The position numbers and the translations under genes were made by a program. Source: an uncultured Tepidisphaeraceae bacterium (GTDB taxonomy: Bacteria > Planctomycetota > Phycisphaerae > Tepidisphaerales > Tepidisphaeraceae). Taken from it: a stretch of 50,710 bases of DNA. Location of the stretch: the NCBI GenBank assembly GCA_964493365.1, contig CAZBOE010000008.1, forward strand, positions 281 to 50,990, in the 5' to 3' direction. This document shows, one piece after another, positions 19,036 to 26,321 of the stretch (position 1 is its first letter; the number at the start of each line of letters is the position of its first letter). The notes under the pieces are model-generated. The model was not told the DNA's origin and did no database searches. It saw nothing but the letters and a program-made list of their open reading frames with translations.

Positions 19036-19158
19036 TCACTTGACGGGCGTTCGAAACAGCATCACCCACAAGACCAGCCCCGCCAGCGGCACACACGCCG
19101 CCAGCGCTGACACCGGCCGCAGCGGCAACACCGCATCGTGAAACCCGCAAGCCAACAT
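19036..19158 (-). CDS. Candidate 40-aa single-TM small protein (MLACGFHDAVLPLRPVSALAACVPLAGLVLWVMLFRTPVK)
   Basis: The ATG lies 2 nt after the rhombosortase TAA stop and is preceded by GGGAGG. GC3 is about 33/40, matching coding regions here. It contains a hydrophobic helix. It is not in the ORF track because it is under 60 aa. Confidence 0.45.
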   Translation of the reverse strand: MLACGFHDAVLPLRPVSALAACVPLAGLVLWVMLFRTPVK

Positions 19159-19160
19159 CG

Positions 19161-19886
19161 TTACCTCCCTTGCCTGTACGAAAGACGACCGCCAGAAAGC
19201 GCCGCAGCGTTCGGCATCGCCGTTTCACCGCTCGGCATCGCCGATCCACCGTTTGGTCGCGCCGTTCCTTCGCTTGGGCAGACATGTCCAAGGGCTGCCG
19301 CCGCCCGGTCGGCCAGCACAAACCCCAGCCCCGCCGCCGCGCCAGCCAGATGAGCCAGCGGCACCGGCACAAACGCCCCGCCCGCAAACACGCTCGCGCC
19401 GCTGGCCATTTCCAAAGCGCACTTGACCGCCAGCCCGGCCACGACCACCACCGCCGGCAGCCAGCGCGCCGGGTCCGTCCGTCTGTCGATCCCGCGATCG
19501 CCCTTCATCGCCCACCAGACCGCCGCGGCCACGACCAGCCCGCAGTCGATGCCGCTGAGCCCGCGGTAGGCGTCGAGTGATGTCCCCAGCGCCACCGCCC
19601 ATCCGGTTGCCGCCGCCAGCGCCGCCAGCAGCAGCCCATGGCGAAGCCGGCCCATCCAGCGCTCGCACAGGCTGCCCGCGGCCGCGAAGACGGCGACATC
19701 CCATCCGAGGTGCGACCACGACCAGTGCGCCAGATGGGCCGTCATCACACCCGCCAGGCCCACGGGGCTCGTTTCCATGCGGCTTGGCCTCAGCTCGACC
19801 GCCGTCGCCAGACCGGGCACCACCTCGACCGCGGCGGCCGCCAGACAGATCGCCATCGTGATGCAGGGAATCGTCGACCAACGCAT
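19161..19886 (-). CDS. rrtA: Rhombosortase (rhomboid-family intramembrane serine protease dedicated to GlyGly-CTERM proteins)
   Basis: The rhomboid motifs are HLAHWSWSHLGWD (HxxxxHxxxN/D-like), GLSGIDCGL (GxSG catalytic Ser) and PLAHLAGAAAGL (catalytic His). The protein is multi-TM. GGAGG lies 8 nt upstream of the ATG. The gene is adjacent to a GlyGly-CTERM protein. Confidence 0.75.
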   Translation of the reverse strand: MRWSTIPCITMAICLAAAAVEVVPGLATAVELRPSRMETSPVGLAGVMTAHLAHWSWSHLGWDVAVFAAAGSLCERWMGRLRHGLLLAALAAATGWAVALGTSLDAYRGLSGIDCGLVVAAAVWWAMKGDRGIDRRTDPARWLPAVVVVAGLAVKCALEMASGASVFAGGAFVPVPLAHLAGAAAGLGFVLADRAAAALGHVCPSEGTARPNGGSAMPSGETAMPNAAALSGGRLSYRQGR

Positions 19887-19938
19887 GGCAAACCTCCGTC
19901 CGGCAGCCGCCCCTTCGCTACACCCGCTCGATCCACGG

Positions 19939-22020
19939 CTAAGCCGCTCTCCGGCCCTGCCGTCGAAGCAGGCCCGCGGCGCCCGCCCCGGCGATCAGCA
20001 GCGCCATCACCGGATCGATCGCGCCGCCGCCGTTGCCGCCGCCCACGCCCGGCGCGTTGCCCGGAAACGCCGGCTGCTGGTGATCCACCCGGTAATCGCG
20101 AACCGGAGCGTTCGCCCGCGCCGCCTGCGCAGTCTGCTCGGCCGCCGAGCGCTCCTTGTTGCGCCGCTCGATCCCGTGCCGCTCGAAGTCGCTGTCGGCC
20201 AGCACCAGCATCGCCGTGTGATCCGTCACGATCTGCTGATCCACCCCGATCGACACGATCGCACCGCGCGCTTCGCCTTGATCCATCTGACCGCGATCGA
20301 CCATCGCCTCGATCTGCTCCACCCGACGCATCGCCCACAGCCGCTCGAGCTCGGGGTTGTCGGTGTCCACCTCGGGCAGGTCGAACTCCGCGACATACCG
20401 CTTGCTTTCACCGGTGATCCGCGTGTCGAGCGTCAGCTTCGCCCGACCCGGCTTCTCATACCGGCCGAAAATCACCAGTTGCTGCCCGCGATAAAGCTTG
20501 CCCGGCTCGGCGCCCACCAGGTCAAACGTCCTCACGCCGCTCAGGCTGACCTTTACGTCATGCATCGCCTCGTGGGTGATCTTGCTTCGCGCCAGCACAA
20601 GCTGACCGACGATGTCGTCCTGGTTCGACACCGACGCATAGAACCCGCCGCTGGCGTCGCAGATCACCCGCATCAGCGGCCAGTTCGCCTCGTTGCCCAT
20701 CAGGAAGCCGAAGACGCGCACGTCATACTTCTTCATCAGCTTGTCGAACGACGCAGGGTCGACCACGCCGGTGTTGGTCACGCCGTCGGTCACCATCACC
20801 ACGCTGCTCGCTCGGTCGGCATCGAGCCCCCGGACCGCCATTTCCAGCCCCGCATAGAGGTTGGTGCCCGACTGCGGCACCAGTTGTTTGACCGCCGCGA
20901 TCGCCCTGGCCACCTCCTCAGGCGTTGCCGGGCGCATGCCCCCCAGCAGGTCTGACGCCGTGTCGGAAAACGTGATCACCCGAAACCGGTCGTCCGGCCG
21001 CAGGCTGCCGATCGCCCGCTCCACGCCCGCCACCAGCGACTGAATCTTGCCCGCCATGCTTCCCGACACGTCGAGCACAAAAACATAATCCGCCCCGCTC
21101 GACAGCGGCTTGAGGTCCACCCCCGGCGTCAGTACGGCCATGAACGTCCCGGGCTTGTCGCCCGCCTGGCGATACGGAATCACCTCGACCCGCCCCGGCA
21201 GGTTGTCCGCCAGCCGGTAGTAGACGACCAGGTCGCTCGTCAGCGACGCCTGCACCTGCTCGACCTTCACGCGGTAATGCCCCTCACCCACCTGCGTCGT
21301 CACCGCCCCCGCGACGTTGGGCACGCGAATGTCCGCCACCGCCACGGCGCTCTTGAGCTCGATGTCCGCCGAGAACATCCCCTCCACCCTCTGGTTGAGC
21401 GTCCAGAACGCCTCGGCCGCCACATCGGTGCCGCCGCTCTCCAGCGGATACACCAGCCGCCCGACCGCCGTGTCGATCGACAGCGACTGGTAGTAGACAT
21501 AGGTCACGACCACCTCGGCGTTCGCCCGCACCGGCGACACCGCAAACTCGAACGTGCGGTAGTCGTTCTTCGCCGCCAGGCCGGCGTCCTTGCCCTGGTC
21601 GCGCTCTTCCTTGTAGACCCGCTCCGCCTCGCCGCGCTCGATCACCTCGCCGCGCAGTTCAAGCTCGCCGGTCTGGATGATCACCTCCGACAGCGCCGCC
21701 CCCTGCGGCACGGGGCAGGCGTAGATCGCTCCAAGGTCACGGTCGTTGGGGTTGAAAAACGTCTGCCGCACCTGCATCCGCGCAAAGCCGTTGTTGATCA
21801 CGGCAGACAGATGGTGGTCGCGAATCTGGATCGGCGCGTGATTCGCCCCGACCGGTGTGAGCGTTCCGGCCGCCCGGGCCTGCACCGCAAGCATCAGCAC
21901 AACCACCACCACCAGCAGCCCCACGGCCACCGCGCGAACAGGGCCGCAGCCGCGCCGCCGGCCCGGCTCGGTCGGCCGTGGAGACACTGCGCCGCTCTGC
22001 ATGGATTCACGGCCGTTCAT
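19939..22020 (-). CDS. VIT + von Willebrand factor type A domain protein with a C-terminal GlyGly-CTERM sorting signal
   Basis: The signal/TM segment is VAVGLLVVVVVLMLAVQARA. A VIT-like region (VINNGFARMQVRQTFFNPND...) is followed by a VWA MIDAS motif (VFVLDVSGSM). The C-terminus is GGGNGGGAIDPVMALLIAGAGAAGLLRRQGRR. The start at 22020 (MNGRES, GAAAGGA Shine-Dalgarno) is preferred over 22074. Confidence 0.8.
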   Translation of the reverse strand: MNGRESMQSGAVSPRPTEPGRRRGCGPVRAVAVGLLVVVVVLMLAVQARAAGTLTPVGANHAPIQIRDHHLSAVINNGFARMQVRQTFFNPNDRDLGAIYACPVPQGAALSEVIIQTGELELRGEVIERGEAERVYKEERDQGKDAGLAAKNDYRTFEFAVSPVRANAEVVVTYVYYQSLSIDTAVGRLVYPLESGGTDVAAEAFWTLNQRVEGMFSADIELKSAVAVADIRVPNVAGAVTTQVGEGHYRVKVEQVQASLTSDLVVYYRLADNLPGRVEVIPYRQAGDKPGTFMAVLTPGVDLKPLSSGADYVFVLDVSGSMAGKIQSLVAGVERAIGSLRPDDRFRVITFSDTASDLLGGMRPATPEEVARAIAAVKQLVPQSGTNLYAGLEMAVRGLDADRASSVVMVTDGVTNTGVVDPASFDKLMKKYDVRVFGFLMGNEANWPLMRVICDASGGFYASVSNQDDIVGQLVLARSKITHEAMHDVKVSLSGVRTFDLVGAEPGKLYRGQQLVIFGRYEKPGRAKLTLDTRITGESKRYVAEFDLPEVDTDNPELERLWAMRRVEQIEAMVDRGQMDQGEARGAIVSIGVDQQIVTDHTAMLVLADSDFERHGIERRNKERSAAEQTAQAARANAPVRDYRVDHQQPAFPGNAPGVGGGNGGGAIDPVMALLIAGAGAAGLLRRQGRRAA

Positions 22021-22083
22021 GTCATGTCCTTTCGCTAAGCAACACCCGTCGTCCCGCCGACGCGGCGAAGACACGCCTCTAAT

Positions 22084-22098
22084 GCGAGCCGCACGCCG
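22084..22098 (-). promoter_or_regulatory. Weak sigma-54 (-24/-12) promoter candidate upstream of the VIT-VWA gene
   Basis: The minus-strand GGCGTG-CGGC-TCGCA compares with the consensus GGCACG-N4-TTGCA. The GG and GC elements have the correct spacing. Such matches arise by chance in GC-rich DNA. Confidence 0.3.
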
Positions 22099-22206
22099 CC
22101 GCGGACGAGTTTGTTAGTGCTTTGCCTTTAAGGCTTTAGGGGTGGCTTGGGTACGGCGGCCGGGTGCGGGATGTTCATCGGGTGTACACTGCTATACACT
22201 TGGTGA

Positions 22207-23934
22207 ATGCCCCTCCTTCGTCCCGATGAGCGCGCGTTTGCCGTGGCGGTCTCGCAGTTGACCTACTGCAACCCGTTCGCTCAAAAGCGGATTGAGCTCG
22301 AACGATCCGCCCTGGGTGACGCCTTCTCAGAACCGGCGGCCGTCTGGGCCTTTGATCCCAACCGCGAGGGCGACCGCCCCAACGTCGGACGCATCCTCGA
22401 GCGGCTGACCCCGCTGATGGAGTCGATGCGCAACCGCCTCGCCGACGGACAGGCCGCATCCCGCGACGAACGGGCCGTCTACGAGGGCATGGTCCTTTAC
22501 CTGCTCTATTACGAGTTCTGGCAGCAGTTCCAGAGGCTGGTGGAAGAGGCCGGCTTCGACCATGACGGCCGGGACGCCCCCGAGAGCGCCCCGCGCCTCT
22601 CCGGCGACGCCGCGCGCGACGCGGCCAGAGACTCGCCAAGGTCGCCCAGGCCCGGGCGGCGGCGGATCGCTTACGCCGCGTTTCTCGAGCGTGCGAAACA
22701 CTTCGTCGACCTGCCCGGCCGATCGTCAGAGACCGCGCCGCCCGTCGAGGCGCAGGCACTGACCGCTCCATCGGGTCACGCCGCTTCGGGCGTCGCATCC
22801 GCGCCCGCGGATCCCGGCCCGCGCACGCCGGCCGGGCATGATCCGCTGACCGATCCGGCGCACCTGTTCGCGCTGCTGTTCCAGGTCAGACGCGCGTTCT
22901 ATTACATCTTCACCTTCATCACCGGCGCGTCGGCACCCGCCGCGAGGCTGCGCGCCAACTGCTGGGAATCGATCTTCACGCACGACATGCGCCGCTACGC
23001 CCACCACCTCTACGCCCGCAGCAGCGACTGGGCCACGCTGATCACCGGCGCCTCGGGCACCGGCAAAGAACTCGTCGCCCGCGCCGTTGCGCTATCGCGC
23101 TACATCCCATTCGATCCGGTGGCGCAGACGTTCGCCGCTGACTTCCGGCAGCTGTTCATTCCGCTCAACCTCTCGGCGCTCTCGCCCACGCTGATCGAGT
23201 CGGAGCTCTTCGGCCACAAGCGCGGCGCGTTCACCGGCGCCCTGGAAGACCGGCCCGGCTGGCTGGAAACCTGCGACCCGATGGGCACGGTTTTCCTCGA
23301 CGAGATCGGCGATGTCGCGGCGCCGGTGCAGGTGAAGCTGCTGCGGGTGTTGCAGTCGCGGCAGTTTCAGCGGCTGGGCGATGCCGCCCCAAGGACGTTC
23401 GCCGGCAAGATCATCGCCGCGACCAACCGTGACCTTCCCGCGATGATGCGCGAGGGCGCGTTTCGACAGGACTTCTATTACCGCCTCTGCGGCGACATGA
23501 TCCGAACGCCCACGCTGTCTGAGCAGCTTGCCGACAGCCCGGCCGAGCTGCCGGCGCTGCTGCTGTTCATCGCCCGGCGCATCGCAGGCGACGCGGCGCG
23601 CGATGTGGCCGCCGAGGCGCAGCGCTACATCGAGAATCAACTGGGGCGCGGCTACGGCTGGCCGGGCAACTTCCGCGAACTCGAGCAGTGCGTGCGCAAC
23701 GTGATGGTGCGCGGAAGCTATGTGCCGTCGGATACGACCGTCTCCACCGCAGGCGGCCTCGAACGCGCGCTCGACAGCTGCCGCCTCACGGCCGACCAGC
23801 TCATCTCCCTCTATTGCCGACGGGTGTATGGCAAGACCGGCAACTACGTCGCCACCGCGCAACACCTCGGGCTCGACCGCCGGACCGTCCGCGCCCGGGT
23901 GGTTGCCGACGGCGCGGCGGAGGATGGCGAATGA
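22207..23934 (+). CDS. Sigma-54-dependent transcriptional activator (bacterial enhancer-binding protein, AAA+) with an unassigned N-terminal domain
   Basis: The protein carries Walker A (GASGTGKE), ESELFGHKRGAFTGA (GAFTGA loop), Walker B (VFLDEIGD) and a C-terminal HTH (NYVATAQHLGLDRRTVRARV). The first ~270 aa show no receiver, GAF or PAS signature that I recognise. Confidence 0.85.
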   Translation: MPLLRPDERAFAVAVSQLTYCNPFAQKRIELERSALGDAFSEPAAVWAFDPNREGDRPNVGRILERLTPLMESMRNRLADGQAASRDERAVYEGMVLYLLYYEFWQQFQRLVEEAGFDHDGRDAPESAPRLSGDAARDAARDSPRSPRPGRRRIAYAAFLERAKHFVDLPGRSSETAPPVEAQALTAPSGHAASGVASAPADPGPRTPAGHDPLTDPAHLFALLFQVRRAFYYIFTFITGASAPAARLRANCWESIFTHDMRRYAHHLYARSSDWATLITGASGTGKELVARAVALSRYIPFDPVAQTFAADFRQLFIPLNLSALSPTLIESELFGHKRGAFTGALEDRPGWLETCDPMGTVFLDEIGDVAAPVQVKLLRVLQSRQFQRLGDAAPRTFAGKIIAATNRDLPAMMREGAFRQDFYYRLCGDMIRTPTLSEQLADSPAELPALLLFIARRIAGDAARDVAAEAQRYIENQLGRGYGWPGNFRELEQCVRNVMVRGSYVPSDTTVSTAGGLERALDSCRLTADQLISLYCRRVYGKTGNYVATAQHLGLDRRTVRARVVADGAAEDGE

Positions 23935-23939
23935 CTCGA

Positions 23940-23951
23940 TTCCTATAGGAA
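23940..23951. promoter_or_regulatory. Perfect AT-rich 12-bp palindrome TTCCTATAGGAA between the EBP stop and the cysteine-synthase-like gene
   Basis: Direct reading. It is unusual in this GC-rich context, and its function is unknown. Confidence 0.3.
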
Positions 23952-24051
23952 ACTCGACAATTTGCCCAATCCGACCGTCGCGATTTCGCTACAGGCCGCC
24001 GGGGTGAAGTGGTAGACTGACCGGCCCGCGCCGTACCGATGCGAGAACCGC

Positions 24052-25053
24052 ATGAATGACACGCCTGCTCACGTTTCTGCCCAAACAGGGTCTGGTCACA
24101 TCGCCACCAGCGTGGTCGAACTGATCGGCAACACGCCGACACTCGAGCTGCGCCGCCTGGGCGCGCTGCTGGGCCTCTCGGGTCGCATGCTGCTCAAGCT
24201 CGAGCTCTTCGGGCCCGGGGGGAGCAAGAAAGACCGCGTGGCGCTGTCGATGATCCGCGCCGCGCTGGCCGACGGATCGCTTCGCCCGGGTCAGCCCGTC
24301 GTCGAGGTCACCAGCGGCAACACCGGCACGGGGCTGGCGATCGTCTGCAAGGCGCTGGGCCATCCGTTTTATGCCGTGATGAGCCGTGGCAACAGCCCCG
24401 AGCGGGCGCAGATGATGCGGGCGCTGGGGGCGGAGGTGGTGCTGGTCGATCAGGCGCCGGGGTTTGTGCCCGGCGCGGTGTCGGGCTGCGACATGAAGCT
24501 GGTCCGCCAGCGGGCGGCGGAGCTGATCTCCCAGCTCGGCGCGTTCTACTGCGATCAATTCGAAAACCCCGCCAATCGCCAGGCCCACATCGACGCGACG
24601 GGCCCCGAACTGTGGCGGCAGTGCGGCGGGCGGCTCGACGCGGTCATCGGGTTCGTCGGCTCGGGCGGCGCGCTGGGCGGGCTGGCGACCTACCTCCGCT
24701 CGGTCAAGCCCGACATCCGCGTCTACGTCATCGAGCCCGCGGCCTCCAACGCCCTGGCGACCTGCTGCTGCTTCGACGCCGGCCACGGCATTCAGGGCGG
24801 CGGATACGGCAAAGAAAAGCTTCGACAGCTCGAGGGGCTCTCGATCGACGGCTATCTCACCGTCACCGACGATCAGGCCGCCGCGGCGGCACGCGTGCTG
24901 GCGCGCGAAGAAGGCGTCCTTGCGGGTTACTCCACCGGCGCGCAACTCCATGTCGCCATCGACCTGCTCCGCGGCAGGGAGCAGGGCTCGACCGTCGCCT
25001 TCCTCGCCTGCGACAGCGGGATGAAATATTTCTCGACCGGGCTCTACCCGTAG
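24052..25053 (+). CDS. Cysteine synthase family PLP-dependent enzyme (CysK/CysM-like)
   Basis: LIGNTPTLEL...LKLELFGPGGSKKDR carries the PLP-lysine motif, and TSGNTGTGLA and GSGGALGG (phosphate-binding loop) are present. Confidence 0.8.
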   Translation: MNDTPAHVSAQTGSGHIATSVVELIGNTPTLELRRLGALLGLSGRMLLKLELFGPGGSKKDRVALSMIRAALADGSLRPGQPVVEVTSGNTGTGLAIVCKALGHPFYAVMSRGNSPERAQMMRALGAEVVLVDQAPGFVPGAVSGCDMKLVRQRAAELISQLGAFYCDQFENPANRQAHIDATGPELWRQCGGRLDAVIGFVGSGGALGGLATYLRSVKPDIRVYVIEPAASNALATCCCFDAGHGIQGGGYGKEKLRQLEGLSIDGYLTVTDDQAAAAARVLAREEGVLAGYSTGAQLHVAIDLLRGREQGSTVAFLACDSGMKYFSTGLYP

Positions 25054-25148
25054 CCCGCCCCGGGCGGGCGGCGTTCGCATCGCACGCGGCGCACTCGTCG
25101 CACGCGTCGCACGAATGGCGGGCTGCGCACAAATGGCGCGCGGCGCGA

Positions 25149-26039
25149 TCACATCCCCAGACGCTTGCGCTTTTCTTCCCACTCGGCGAGTTCGCGCTTG
25201 TTGGTGGTGTTGAGGGGCTGGTTGTTGCGGAGGGCTTCGATCTCCAGCGAGGTCAGGTGCATGGCGTTGATGCGGTAATCCATAAACGCCTCGGCCGCGA
25301 TCGGCACGATCGGGCGGATCAGCTCGAACATCGCGCTGGCATAGTCGCGGATCTCCTGCTGCGCGTGCGCGTCCATCCGCAGCGAGAGGAAGTGGAAGAG
25401 GTTGTGGAGGTCGATCTTCCAATACCACTCGGTGTAGCACGAGATCGGCAGCCCGATCCGCGCGATCTCGCGGGCCATGCCTTTCTCGATCAGTTTTTCA
25501 TAGCGGTCATAGAGCTTCTGGCTCTCGTCGAGATAGTCGACGAATTCCTGCGCGGTCATCGTGTCGATCGGCTCAGACCCGCCCTGGCGGTTGGTCAGCG
25601 ACTGCTTGCGAATGTAGTCGGGAGCAGGGCGGTAAAACCGGTCGCGCACGACGCTGTATCGGGCCGAGTATTCGTTGACGTTGGCCGTGCGATGGCGGAT
25701 CCACTGCCGCGCCACGAAGATCGGCATGACATGGTGGAACTTGAACTCCACCATCTCGAACGGCGTCGTGTGACGGTGGCGCGCCAGGTAGCGGATCAGG
25801 CCGCGGTCTTCGTTGACCTGCCGGGTCCCTTCGCCGTAGCTCACCCGCGCCGCCTGCACGATGGCCGAGTCGGCGGTCTTGCCCTGCGGCACCAGCCTGG
25901 GCATGACATCGACCAGCGCCACCATGCCGTGATCGTGCACCTTCACTTCCCACCGCGCCGATCCGCCCATGACATCGACAGTGGGAGATTCAAACGCCTT
26001 GCGCTCAATCGCGATGTGCCCGCTCGCCGTTTCGCTCAT
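25149..26039 (-). CDS. thyX: FAD-dependent thymidylate synthase ThyX
   Basis: RHRHTTPFEMVEFKFHH and QWIRHRTANVNEYSARY match the ThyX RHRxxxxxxxSxRY signature. The ATG at 26039 is preferred, although the ORF is open to 26132. Confidence 0.85.
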   Translation of the reverse strand: MSETASGHIAIERKAFESPTVDVMGGSARWEVKVHDHGMVALVDVMPRLVPQGKTADSAIVQAARVSYGEGTRQVNEDRGLIRYLARHRHTTPFEMVEFKFHHVMPIFVARQWIRHRTANVNEYSARYSVVRDRFYRPAPDYIRKQSLTNRQGGSEPIDTMTAQEFVDYLDESQKLYDRYEKLIEKGMAREIARIGLPISCYTEWYWKIDLHNLFHFLSLRMDAHAQQEIRDYASAMFELIRPIVPIAAEAFMDYRINAMHLTSLEIEALRNNQPLNTTNKRELAEWEEKRKRLGM

Positions 26040-26321
26040 GAGGCGGATGATAATGGCGTGCGCGATGGATGACGAGCCAGAGGAAGAGCGGGCAGCAAGC
26101 ACAGAAGCAATGTCGGCAGCGGGCAGCCGCAAGTGGGCAGCGGCGAACTGTGGGCCGTGGGCAGTCGGCAGTGGCCTGGCGGCCTGATGAGCTCACTAAA
26201 CGTTGACCCGATCCCGCGACGCCAATCGAATGCCGCCGCACTCCGACTTCACTCCCGTCTTCGCGGCCGACTGCCGATTGCCGACTGCCAACCGCCCACC
26301 GCTCTGACCGCTGCCCGCCAT

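Noticed and set aside
18365-19387. A 340-aa minus-strand ORF crossing the hypothetical protein 3' end, the spacer and the rhombosortase 3' end.
   Set aside because: It is extremely Arg-rich. It is out of frame with the rhombosortase gene and overlaps the better-supported plus-strand gene. The small 40-codon ORF and the terminator explain the spacer better.
23989-25440. A 483-aa minus-strand ORF, and a 486-aa plus-strand ORF at 24612-26072.
   Set aside because: They overlap the cysteine-synthase-like gene and thyX on the opposite strand or frame. Their translations are Arg/Ala/Pro-rich with no domain signatures.
26181-26200. A CUGAUGAG word (hammerhead ribozyme core) in the thyX upstream spacer.
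   Set aside because: No stem II followed by GAAA and no compatible stem I/III arrangement follows it. An isolated 8-mer match is expected by chance.
26201-26232. A plus-strand sigma-70-like promoter, TTGACC-17-TCGAAT.
   Set aside because: It points into the antisense strand of the aldehyde dehydrogenase gene with no downstream plus-strand gene for 1.6 kb. It is probably a chance match, though an antisense transcript cannot be excluded.
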